Source of the DNA: Felis catus
Taxonomy: Eukaryota
Reading direction: 5' to 3'
Length of the DNA: 64,000 nt
NCBI RefSeq assembly: GCF_018350175.1
Contig: NC_058368.1
Span: 26,972,001-27,036,000, forward strand
Shown: positions 25,566-37,475 of the stretch, piece after piece
Numbering within the stretch: the first letter of the stretch is position 1
How the letters are laid out: each line of letters starts with the position of its first letter
Notes under the pieces: model-generated
The model's database searches: none
Told to the model about the DNA's origin: nothing
Seen by the model: only the letters and a program-made list of their open reading frames with translations
Program-made: the position numbers and the translations under genes

Positions 25566-28500
25566 CTGAAATTAATAACTGATGTTATCTCTCAAAGCAC
25601 TCCAGTAGCTTCTCTGCTCATTGAGAGTAAAAGCAAAGTCCTTTCAATGGTCCTTGGTATCTGTCTGACTTGAATACCCAGTAGACTTTGCCTCATTGAC
25701 CCCATTCTAGACACATTGGCAGCCCTTGTCTAAGATGTTAGACTTATAATTTGCTATGTCGGAGTCTACTGCTCCCTCTGCCTGGAGCACTTTCCCCTGG
25801 ATCTATCCATATGACTTTCTTACTTTCTTCAGGTCTTTATCCAGCTATCACCTTATCTAACCATCTTTTAAAATGCAACTCTACCCCAACAGTTCTTCTT
25901 TTATGTCATTGTTTCTTTAGTCTTCTCAGAGTCATTGAACTGAATATATATGTACACACATATGTGTGTGTACACACATATATATTCTTAACGTATTTAT
26001 GTATCATGTCAGTCTCTAATGAATGCAAGAAATTTGGTCTAGTATCATTCACCAGGATATCCCTGGGAACCAGCAAGGGTGCTGCCATATAGTAGGTACT
26101 CAGTGGATATTTGTTGAATGAATGAATAATATAAGATTGTTCATGGACGGTTGTTATCAACTAATCTGATCAGCAAGTTGGAACCTAAGAAACAGTAGGA
26201 GACAGAAGAAATGGGAGATAGGATAGATTTTTTTTCAAAATGTGCTTTTGGAGATTGGGTAAAATTCAAAATGGTTATTACTTCCCCCAAAGGGGCAACT
26301 CCATGAAGCCATGGATATGGAGGGCGAGGGTTTTGAGAAGGAGGTTCGGAGGGGAAATAGGATGGAAGGACTATTAAAGCAGTGAAGGTCGGGTTCAAGG
26401 CATTGTTTCTTCCTTTGCAGCTTTAATTCGGGTGAGTGTGGGCTTTCTTACGAATTTAGCTCCTGATTAGCAAGACTAGTATAGTTTGATGAGATGGTTT
26501 CTGAGTTTTTGAGGCAACCAGTCATCAATACATACTTGTTTGTTTTCGTCAGATATTGTGAAAAGGAACTGAGCAAACATAACCCAAGAAGAATCAGTTG
26601 CCATCTTGGTATATCTATTGGACATTAAACTCACCTTATTTTTTTTTTAAACATCTCTAATGATATGTAATTAAAGGATTATTGTTTGGAAGTCATTTCT
26701 CTGTGAAATGTGGTAAATGAAAATATTGTTTCTACTTAAATGTGGATGGGAGAAGGATCATTTAAATACAGTGAATTAATATTGTGTTTATCAATTAACC
26801 TTTTTAATTGATAATTTAAGAATTTGTTCCTTTGTAATTCTGTATACGGCACTAGAGAAAGGCAGTTAACTACAGAACAGATATTTTAGGTATAAGATAT
26901 TTCTTCTTTCTCATTTAATGTCACAGAGCTTTTGCTTAAATTACTGGATTGTTTGACTATACGCTTGACTGTGTAACTACATATTGTAATGTTGAAAAAC
27001 TGTTAAAAGACTCATATTTAAAATACTGTGGCCTAATGTATAAAATTATTTTCCTCTAGATTATATCATATACTGTGTGCTCTTCAAGCTTGGGTAAAAA
27101 GGCTTTTGAAAGTATTCATACTATAAAATGAAGAATATAGCATTTCTAGTGCTCTAAAATAATATTTGGAAAACACCATCGTATTAGTAACATTTCCTAC
27201 GCATTTTTTTTTTAATTTCAAATACACAGAATTTTCAGGGAAACTAGTTAGGGGATACGTTTAGGTTTAAGTTCAAGTAAGAATTCTATAGAAGGAAGAG
27301 AAAAATGATTTAAAGTCATAGCCCCGGTTCTCCAATCACAATTGGTTCCAGTGAGGCTTGACCCCCTGTGTGGGTGTGGAGCAGAAGGATTAGACCCCCA
27401 CATTATTACGTATGTTTGCTGTCTAAGGGCCTGTTGTATTTTCAATGTGATTGGCAAATTAGCTATACATGAACTTTAACTAATAAAAGCCAAAGCATAT
27501 TTAGGATCTTTTCAAATTATGATTTACTTGATAGCATTGATATTTGTGGATATCAGACCTTTAATCAATTGATCATTTCTGGACGGGAGGCCTCATCCTC
27601 TTGTTGTTCTTGTTGAATATGTGATCCTGCTTTTCACTCATGGTACGTAAATCTGTTAAATATGTACTCTGGGTAATGTATATAACCTATGCAAATGGGC
27701 GTTGTCCTTGGTCAGTGAGATCGGTTCTGAAGAATGGCTCCCATCTGTCTGGAATAGTTCAGTAAAGGTCTGAGCCAGAAGGAAGAAGCATTCCATGCTC
27801 AGAACAGTGAAGCTCAGAAGAGAGTAGAACCCGCCAGACTATTCAGCATCCATGGCCACTGCTGAACAATGCAGAGATATCCTACAGATCCAGACCAACA
27901 TTTTCTTGAGAAAATCTGCATCAGTCACTAGTCAATGGCCCAGGCTGTCTGGTAATAACTATAAACACTCCAAGATATGGAGCCCGTTCATTAATCGTTA
28001 GGACTCTTAGGCCAAAAAGCATCAGTTCCTCCTGCTGTTTTCTAGGACTAAGGAACCCTAAAAGACGGTGGTATTTAGCAATACAAATATAAATTATTTT
28101 TTTCTAATTTGATCCGTGATTCTTGGGGTGTCTTTTAGAGGTTATACTTGACTTTAATACACACACTATTGCCATGATGTTGGCAAGTGCAAGGGAGTAG
28201 TTAAGATATTTGCTGATCAATATTCAAAAAAAAAAATTCTAAGTCTGAGGCTGCCTTCTACCAGAAATCTATGGCAGAGTCAAATTAGACCTAGCCTGCA
28301 TTAGGACCGTATCTCCTGGTTCACTTGATTCATCCAAGTTTAAGTTGATGATTTGTCAAAACTCCCTGACGTGGGATTTGGGGGAGAGGTGAGAATTTGG
28401 ATAGGAAAGGATGGCAAGCCAATGTTCCACTTCTTTCTCAGCTTAAGCCTTTACTGCTTCCCAAGTCTTCATTAAGGGCTCCGCACCACCCTTTCCGGTC

Positions 28501-30740
28501 CTGCTGGAGGCTCCAGAACACATCCTTTCCTGGTAGCCTTGTGGCTGGGTCTGCAGAGTTTCCCACTCAGACAGGCCCCTTCGTGTCAGTTTTTAACCTA
28601 GTACCGAGTATCGGAGTGAGAATGAGTCTTTCCCTGGGAGTAGAGGACCATACTGTAGATTAGAGACACAATGTTAAGAACTAAGGCAAATGCATTAAAG
28701 TAGTTCACCAGACAACACAAGCTGAAGTTTTACAGCTGTTAGGACAGGATCTTAACCTGGTGGCGGTTTTGCAGGTTGCCCCTGCGATGACCTCTGTATC
28801 ATCTGAAGATTGCTACACCAAAATGGAACACTTGCTGGCCATTCCCAGGGCCAAATTAAGGGCATGTCAATAAATTTCTAGAAATTGAAAAAAAAAAACA
28901 CATATTTTCACACAGTGAGTTGTTCAGTCTTGTGTAATTCTGATTTTTAAGAAAAAAAATTCTTATTGGCAACACCTCTGAAACATACCCCGTTGACTAG
29001 CATGTTTAGAGGAAATAAGCAAACTGTCACGATTCGTTGCTGAAACTTTTTTTGATAATTTTCTTGCAATAATTTGGGAAATAAAAAATATTTACAATAA
29101 AGCTCTTCAGGTTTTCTGGCCTACATTAACAATTAGAAGATCAATAAATGCACTGTACCAAAAGTTTCTACGCAAGTATAAATGTGTATGATTGAATCAA
29201 TAAGGTACATTAAATGATGTTCGCTGCAGCCAAGCTGACTGAGAGAGTGCAAAGTGGGTTTAAAAAAAAAATCAATAAAAGGAGGGAAATGGAAGGAGTT
29301 AGTCCTGAAAATGGGTTTTGATCACCATTCTCTATCACTCACTTTACCTTCAATAATGTTGTACTTTTACGGGAAGTCTGGAGGCAAGGATTATTTTTGT
29401 CATTGTCTGTGCTGCGGTCAGTACTAAAAGGAAGCTCTATGCTGTTTTAAGCCTTAACCTTGCATGACCTTCTGGTCGATTAGATATTTGTGTATTAACT
29501 GTCCTTCCAACTAGGAGGTTTTGAATTATTTTTTCTCCATGGCCTTTCATCGTTTACATTTTATTTTTGCTCCAAGTTTGCCTTTTCCTTTCATGCCTCT
29601 CCATTCCACAAGTATTTGTATTATTTAAAATGACTGGTAGTAAATTTTATTGTTTGTTTCAGTTTGGTAAATACTGTAATGTGTTTTATTGATTATATTA
29701 TTGTTTTGTTATATATAGCAGGGAGGAATTTTTTATGTTCGTTCAGAAAAGCCAAGTTGTAATTGTGGTCTTTAGAGGCCCAGTTACTAGACTGTTACCT
29801 TAAATGTCATGCTTTCTGATACATTTCCACAATGAGTATTTTGATTAATTTTTATAGCATGGGAATATGTTCTCTATTTTCCTAAACCCATTTTCCACTT
29901 CAAAATGATAGACCTTGCTTGCTTGCTTGTTTTCTGACACAAAATTGGCTTTAGCTGGGATATCTAAAAGTGTATTATGAACAAACAACTATCACCCTCC
30001 CTCTTTGAAGACAGAGACGTAGACTGATTGCAGTCTGCTAGAGTCCGCCTAGCTCAGGGTTGGCAATGGTGTCCCAGAGATGTGCCCTGAACATGATTTT
30101 TCTCATCTATAAAATTATGATATGAGATCTCTAAAAAAAATAACTATCTCTAACAGTAAGTTCTCTGTTTCTTCCAGAGTTGCCCTCTGTCCTTGTGAAT
30201 GTATATCATTTATCTTTATTCCAAACAGAGCAAACCGGAATCTCCTTTACATTACATTTTTATTATAGTCTTTTCAACAGGAATACTCCATTTTCCCAGT
30301 TGCTGGTGGCGCATGCTGTGATTGCGTCAAATGATACAGAGCAGCCGTCATCTATGTGTTCATACCTGCGGATGCTAAAACATCGAGCTACTAAAGGTTC
30401 TTTAGATCTGAGTATTCTGCGAAACAAATAGCAAGGGTCAGAAGCTGACTGCTGGCGCATCTGCATTTGCCTCATTGCCTTCTCCAGGATGACTCCCTTA
30501 GGAACGGAGGGCAGGGTGGCCTCAGCAGGTTCCCCAGATACTTCCAGGTTTGAAGGTGGCGTGCTGCTTTCATGTGTTTTCATTTCTCTTTGGGTCGCAG
30601 ATACGGATTTCTGATTTCAGGGGATCTCACCCGCTGGGATAGAGTTCCATAGGGGTTCCGCGGCCTTAACTGAGTCTACCTATCAGGATTAATTTTCATG
30701 ACGTCCAACTGGAAGGGAAAAGAATGAAAGAGATGACCCT

Positions 30741-31180
30741 CATACTCGTTTCCTAGGGCTGCTGTAATAAAGTACCACAAACAAAGCAGCTTCAAATGAC
30801 AATTTACCGTCTCATAGTTCTGGAGGCCAGAAGTCTGCAATTAAAGTGTCAGTCAGCCCGGCTCCTTCGGATGCTTGTAGGGGAGAATCCTTCCTCGCGT
30901 CTTTCTAGCTTCCAATGGTTTGCTGGCAATACTAGGCTCTCCTTAGCATGCGCTTCGACATGTCAGTCTCTCCCTTGTGGTCACATAGTGTGTTCCATCC
31001 TGTGTCTGTGTTCTCTTCTTCTCATAAAGGTGTCAGTCCTATTGGGTTAGAGCCCACCCTAATGACCTCATTCTTAACTTGATAACATCTTTAAAGATCC
31101 TGTTTCCGAAAAAGGTCAAGATCCACAAGTACTGGATATTTGGACGTACCATTTGGGGCGACGCAATTTAGCCTGTAATA
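30741..31180 (-). mobile_element. MLT1B/C-like solo LTR (ERVL-MaLR)
   Basis: tttcctagggctgctgtaataaagtaccacaaac...ctcatagttctggaggccagaagtc...gcccaccctaatgacctca; 5-bp TSD accct at 30736-30740 and 31181-31185. Confidence 0.92.
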
Positions 31181-31624
31181 ACCCTGAATTTTTTTTCCCC
31201 ATGTCTAACATGCAGAGAGCCTCTTGGTGAGGGGTGAACCTGAAGATCAGTAATCCGAACAATTGAAGTTGGAAAACAAGTCTCTGGTACACGGAAAGAT
31301 GAGAAAGCTTTTTAAAGGACAGTGCTTTTGGTGCATTGAAAAACTGGGTCTCTATGTTTCTTTGGAGCATTCAGACAAAGTCAGGGATAAATCACCACAT
31401 TGGATATGGCTTACTCTAATGCCTTTTGATGCTTTGACATGTTTGTAAAGCCCAAGATACGTTTGTGCATGGAGGTTATTATCTTTCAGTTCTTTGTGTG
31501 GAAAATAACTGAGCTGATGGTGTTTTACAATAACACAGTCCCTGGACCTTCCACATAGCAATTGCTACCTGGTCTTTGCTCTTTTCTTGCTAAGAAAGGT
31601 ATTTTACATACCATTTGTTGTATT

Positions 31625-31654
31625 TTGTTGTTGTTGTTGTTGTTGTTGTTATTG
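31625..31654. repeat. (TTG)n microsatellite
   Basis: Direct reading. Confidence 0.9.
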
Positions 31655-33724
31655 CTACCCTATGTAGATGGTATAAAATTATTTAGAGTGTGTGAAACTC
31701 TTATACTTTTATTCCCCATCTCCCACAGTGCACAAAATTTTTGTGAGAATGGGGTCTGGTCATCCAGGTACAAATGTGTAGCTTGGAGAGAGATTTACTG
31801 TTTACCAAGTATGGAGGGTGGGGGGTTCCAGAAGGGACTAGTTAACAGTGAGACGAGCCAAGCCTGTTAGGTGTGAGCTGTCTTTTGCTCTGTGCCCTGG
31901 TGCAATTAGATTGAATTTGTGTCAGTGATGTGAACTGTCACTGTGAGCTGCCTGGCCGCTGACTTTGCCACATCAGAGCCTGATGGAAAGGTAGGGACCT
32001 TGCTTTGTCTCGCCTTCCTGGGCAGAGTGAAGGCGAAAGACGATCCAGTGAGTGCTGAAGTGAACCGATGCTTCACCCTCTGAGCTTTTTGAGCCCACCA
32101 AGTTCATTCTTTTAGGGATTCTCATTTATGAAAACTTGGAGCAAGATTTAAGGTGAGTACATCGGGATATTCTTTCATCGAATAGCACATTGTCTTTTCT
32201 TTAGGGTACCTGTTTGGTATTGGTTTTTAGCACTGGAAGTTAATTGACTTAATTTTTTTTTTTTTTAAATAGTTGGGGGCTGTTGGGTATTCATCCTTAT
32301 TTGATAACCAGTGTTCCAGGGACTTGGTAGAAGATGAAACTAACTTTATGAAAATGGATGCATATTCTAGAGGCTTAAGTTGTTATACATCAGTTTGAAT
32401 AGCCTTTAGTAGTAAGGATAAGAGGGTGCATACTTAGGGATCAACAAGGTATGAGGTAGAAATTGGTTCAGTGTGTTTTCCGTCATTGGATGCTTAGTCG
32501 CAAGGAGAGAGGGAAGACAAAAAAGTAAGAGAACTTTATTGACTCGTAAAACAGGAGTGGGTCCCTGGAGTTTATCTTATCTGTCCTGTGTCTCCAGGCA
32601 GGTCTGCCCTTGGCTGTGTGAGGCTGTACAAGAATCAGCCTTGCAAATATGCTGTTTTTAAGTATTAGCTAGAGGAGCAAGCACGTATCAGACTGGGCTT
32701 GGTGGTGTTGTAAGCCTCTTAAATTATATTCACATTACAGATGACTCCTATAAGGATTGAAGTGAATTCTGATGCTGTTAATATTGATTTTAATTTTCCT
32801 TCCCGTTTCCTTCTCTGCTTGGGATAAAATGTTAATGAACTCTTACCTGTGAAACTTGTGTGACTCATATTGCTTGTTTAATTTAGACTACAAGCCCACA
32901 GGGCAAGCTCCTTTCTTTTCTCTGCAGAGCGAAGGACCCCAATGGCAGAAATGTTTATTATTATTATGTATTATAATAATCATGATGTTCTCCTAAAATA
33001 TTATGCCAATTGCATTTGCTCAGAAGTAATAGCTTTAGTCCTTTTTAGCTTGAAAATATTTTATTTTGCTTTAAGGTGGTTAGACAGTGATTTCATAAGG
33101 AAGACTAAGCTAGGTACTAAATTGAAACGTAGTTTGAATGCATTTTTGAATTATGTTGGTTATTCTGAGCCAAAAGCAGTTACACCTTTGATGTAAAGTA
33201 TATTTTAATCATTTCCAATCTCTTCTTGCTCCAGAATGGCTAAGTGGATTTTTTTCCCCCTCAAATTATTCCCAAAGAAAGAAAAAAAAAAATAGGACCA
33301 AAACCAAGCTTAAAAAGGTTTGGCTGAGCAAGGGAGTTATGACTGAGTGCAAACAGGTGGCTGTAATATTCTGCTTAGAAATATCTGCCACAGGAACTTT
33401 TTAAAAATTGTAAACTCTGCCATTTACTGTAGAAGTCTCCATTCATAGAGAGTGACAGAGAAATGAGGCACATATCAGAATAATTCAGTCCAAAAAGCAC
33501 TCTATGTGAAATATCTCAACAGAGAAAAACTAATTAATTAAAACTGACTTGGAAAGGCCAGCCAAATTAGTGAAGTTTAAATTAGAGTAATCTCTAGTGT
33601 ATGGCAAATTGATGTGATTATCTAGGACCATTGCCTAGAACATGGCAGGGGTTCTAAGAAGTGGGGAGGAATTCAGAGACAAGGTGGGCTTATGGGTCTG
33701 TGTTTGTCATAACTGATTACTCAC

Positions 33725-34035
33725 TTTATTCATTCAATAGACATTTACCGCTCGCCTGTTATGTAACTGGCCCTGTATTAGGATTGGGCGCACACGGATG
33801 AGTAAGGTACTGCTTTGGCCCTCAAGGATGAGACACGCCGTAGAGAGTTAGGAAGCCGTGTTAAGGAGTGGTCACAAGTTATAGGGGATCACAGAAATAC
33901 CGAGAATGGATAGCTGTGGTCTAGACTGGGAGCCAGGGAACACTTCCTGGAGGAGGGGATGCCCGAGCTGAATCCTGAAGAATGAAGGTGAGGATGAGGG
34001 TAAAACACTGAGTACAAGCACTGAGGTCAGAAATA
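33725..34035 (-). mobile_element. L2 LINE 3' fragment
   Basis: ttattcattcaatagacattta...gccctcaagga...cttcctggaggaggggatgcccgagctgaatcctgaagaatga. Confidence 0.8.
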
Positions 34036-34579
34036 GCCTTTAATATATTCACTTTTAAAGTTTGTTTCTACTTTGTTCAAAATAGTGACTTCTGGAAAGT
34101 GATGGGGAGAGACATCAGAGAATATACATGTTTGCCTAAGACTGCCCTCAAAATATTTTTAGTGTCAATTTATTTATCAGGATAACAACAGCACAAACAG
34201 TGTTACAAAAATGTTTTAACAAATAGATGTAAAAACATGAGTTTTTGGTACGTTACTGTTAAGATGTTTGAAAAATCATCTTTTGTCTATCATCGATGAG
34301 TAAATGTTTCCAGTGCTGATCATATTTGCATTAGACACTTGTCCTCCTAAATAATGAAAGGGAGATATTTACCTAGGCCTAGCTGAATTATCCCAGATGC
34401 CAAATTTGCAAAGTATAGTTAAGAGGTTTTACTGTAATTTAATCAAAAGAGTTGTGTTTTAATCTGAGTTAAATAGATATTTATTTAGATTGCCTACCTT
34501 TATCTAAGCATATATGATTATATTCGTAGCATATAGTGAGTAAACACAATTTTGGAGAATGTTGGATATTGTGGAATAT

Positions 34580-34700
34580 CGGATTTTCTGTTCTGTGTTC
34601 TGCTTTCTCACTGAATGACCTTAGACAACGCAGATAAATTCTTTGGTCCTCAGTCTTCTCATGTGGAAAACAAAAAGAGTGGACTAAGTCAATGACTTTT
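34580..34700 (+). mobile_element. MIR3-like fragment
   Basis: tgaccttagacaa...cctcagtcttctcatgtggaaaa...gtggactaa. Confidence 0.6.
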
Positions 34701-35064
34701 GTGGTTATTGTGATTATTTTTCTTTTTGAATAAATAAAGCTGAAGGAGGGGCTCAAATGGAGTTGGACGGTAACTGTGGGCCAAGGAACGCACTGGCGGG
34801 TTGACTGGTCAAAGAAAGGGAGGAAACTCTCTCTCCAGCTTCCTCTCCTAGTCACACAGATTCTTGATGAAGCTCTCCACACCTTCATTTGCCATTTAAA
34901 ATAATGCGGACAAAATATTTACAAGTGTGTGTGATAAGGATTGTAAATATGTGGTCCCCTTGGTCTTCGGCTTGTGTTCTATAAAACATTGATGAGTGAC
35001 CTGTAACCCCGAAGAAATTAGTGGTCAGATCAACCTGACTTATCTGACTTGGAAGTCAGATAGT

Positions 35065-35252
35065 ACTCACTATTTCCCTCTCTTAGAAACTCCCAGAGCA
35101 TCTCACATTCTCCAAGAAGTTCTCCTATAAGCAGCTACGTTTTTCTTTTTAACCTAGTCGTTCTCAAGTGAATCTATTCCATTCCTATTTTAGTCAGAGT
35201 CTCTTACCTTCCCAGCATGTACTGATCTCAGTACACTTTATGGGAAACAGTG
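35065..35252. mobile_element. MER103-like hAT-Charlie fragment
   Basis: ccctctcttagaaactc...tttaacctagtcgttctcaa...acactttatgggaaacagtg. Confidence 0.5.
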
Positions 35253-35940
35253 ATGTCTCTGCCCAGGCTCTCCAGGTGTTCACTGAAGGGCTAGAATGTT
35301 AAATGCCAGAGAGGTGAGCGCCAGGCTGGATTCAAATGCACATCACCATCCTGTGAATTCTTACACTCTAAAGAGCCTTGAAAAATAGACATAGAAAGAA
35401 AGGAACTAAAGGCTTTTTCCCCCCACCAAAGTCTTCGAACTGACAAGTGCTGCAATGTGTTTAGATAGTCTTTAATTCCACTAAGCAAAAGAATTGAACT
35501 ACAACTTAGGAATTCGGGGGTTTCACTTTTTTCTTTTCTCATGAGGACATTCCTAGAAAAAGAACGGGCTCTGACTTGTGAGAGTCCAGCCTGGTTTGAT
35601 TCCCATGTCACTTGCCCTGTCCCGACCTCATTCCTGTCTCTTCACCCCTCTCAAGGGAAGAAGAAAAAGAAAAGAGAAAAGGAAAATAAGAGGAGGGGAG
35701 ATTGGATTTATAAAAGCCCAAAGGGTATTAAATTGTAGCAGCTGGCACCATGGCCTTTAGTACTCTAGACTACTGTGTATGTTTTATAATAGAAACCAGT
35801 GTTGGGGCGCTTTTGTTTTAAATTTATAATTATTTATTGTGCTGAACCGATGATATTAGTATTTGTACCAGATATGCCAATATGGTTATTTTGCATCTAC
35901 AACTAACCCTAAGATTCGATCTCTTTAAAACGAAAGAACT

Positions 35941-36153
35941 GGGGCGCCTGGGTGGCTCAGTCGGTTGAGCGTCCGACTTCGGCTCAGGTTATGATCTCAC
36001 AGTCTGTGAGTTCGAGCCCCGCATCGGGCTCTGTGCTGATGGCTCAGAGCCTGGAGCCTGCTTCAGATTCTGTGTCTCCCCATCTCTCTGCCCCTCCCCT
36101 GCTCATGCTCTGTCTCTGTCTCAAAAATAAATTAAAAAAAACATTAAAAAAAA
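35941..36153 (+). mobile_element. Felid CAN-SINE (SINEC_Fc family)
   Basis: ggggcgcctgggtggctcagtcggttgagcgtccgacttcgg; TSD taaaacgaaagaa(c/t)t. Confidence 0.97.
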
Positions 36154-36528
36154 TAAAACGAAAGAATTAATAAGCAAATGCCTAAAAATGCAATCCTTTC
36201 AGCAGCCAGCGTCTTAAAAAAAAAACCTCAAGGTTGGTAATATTTTTCAAATGGTTTCGTACATCTAACTGACAGTGGGGGCAGTAGGAGGAGGATAGGG
36301 TGGGAAGGAGAGTAGAGGGAGGCTGCCTAATGCTGTCCTCACTTGGCCATCTAATACAGGACTGAATTCAGACCACACCCTTCTCCTCCTTCTGCCCGTC
36401 TTTCCTCTCTCCCCTGTTCCTCCTCAGCAGCCACACATGGACTTCAGTACCATCTTTTGCCATCCCTGTTCTCCTGGTGGGGTGGAGCCCCTTGCCTCAG
36501 GGAGCCCTACACCTAGAACAAACTTCCT

Positions 36529-36746
36529 TTCTTAAAAAAAATTTTCAAGTTCATTTATTCATTTTGAGAGAGAGCGGGGAGAGGCAGGGAGGGGCAGAGA
36601 GAGAAGGAGAGAGAGAGAATCCCAAGCAGGCTCCACACTGTCAGCGCAGAGCCTGATGCGGGGCTTGAACTCACGAACTGCGAGACCACGACCTGAGCCA
36701 AAATCGAGAGTTGGACGCATAACCGACTGAGCCACCCAGGTGCCCC
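36529..36746 (-). mobile_element. CAN-SINE (SINEC)
   Basis: accgactgagccacccaggtgcccc end; TSD gaacaaactt. Confidence 0.95.
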
Positions 36747-36910
36747 TGGAACAAACTTGCTAGAGCAACTTTGTAATGACAGCCTAGTTATGTTGTCTGC
36801 CAGTCAAGTAGAAAAGAACATGGGTGGAATTCGTTTTAATCTATGTCTGTCTCGTCTGTGGACAGCGAGGACGGTGTAGTCCTGGGTGTCCTTGCAAAGC
36901 AGAGCTTCCG

Positions 36911-36912
<2 letters not shown>

Positions 36913-36954
<42 letters not shown>
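36913..36954. repeat. (TG)n microsatellite
   Basis: Direct reading. Confidence 0.95.
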
Positions 36955-36955
<1 letters not shown>

Positions 36956-37431
36956 GGAAAAGAATTACCTGTTATTGCTGGGTCTGCAGGAAGGTTTTTA
37001 ACACATATGATGAGGAATTAGCCATAGAACGATCATAAAAAAGGATGTAACCTGAGTCCATTAAAATGGCCTGGGGGGACCTTTGCTCCGGAGTCTGAGA
37101 TAGTGAGAAGGGCTCCAGGGAAGAGCCCGATTGCCAGTGCTGACACCCACACAGGGGGCAGAAACATGGAAAACTTCAGGATGCTCCTTGGCACAAACTT
37201 GGCCTTGAGGGCAAAATTCAGACACTTCTGTTTGAAAGAAGTGATGTGTTTCTTCAGTCTCTTAAGGTTTGAATTCTGAGGAGAGGACAATTTCTACTTC
37301 CCCTTAAAGCCAATTCTTGTCATTTTTCTTGATTGTTTAAAGCGTGTTTATTATATGTTGGGTGATTCAGGTGTTCTTCTGCAGTCCACTTTTTAAAATC
37401 AGGCAGAGCATAGAATGGTCGCTATTAATTG

Positions 37432-37475
37432 AATAATTAAAGTCAAAGCATGAAATAATTAAAGTCAAAGCATGA
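37432..37475. repeat. Perfect 22-bp tandem duplication (aataattaaagtcaaagcatga)x2
   Basis: Direct reading. Confidence 0.95.

Larger units (their letters stand above)
23235..26130 (+). mobile_element. L2 LINE split by two L1 insertions (L2 parts ~23235-23265, 23825-24050, 25580-26130)
   Basis: catccacattcaatc...ctttcaaaacatattcaaaat...tagcctcctaactg; ctcaaagcactccagtagcttc...gagtaaaagcaaagtcc; 3' end tagtaggtactcagtggatatttgttgaatgaatgaat. Confidence 0.85.

Noticed and set aside
25942..25986. Palindromic TA/CA/TG tract
   Set aside because: Low-complexity dinucleotide repeat inside an L2; self-complementarity is trivial.
32908..32960. Strong acceptor ctttcttttctctgcAG followed by ATG
   Set aside because: No convincing donor downstream; the reading frame is AT-rich and low complexity.
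35041..35062. 10-bp inverted repeat tatctgactt-gg-aagtcagata
   Set aside because: Adjacent to a DNA-transposon remnant and a small local duplication; no further support.
37432..37470. Resemblance of taattaaagtcaaag to the duplicated-element core (possible third copy)
   Set aside because: The match is under 15 nt, gapped, and does not extend.
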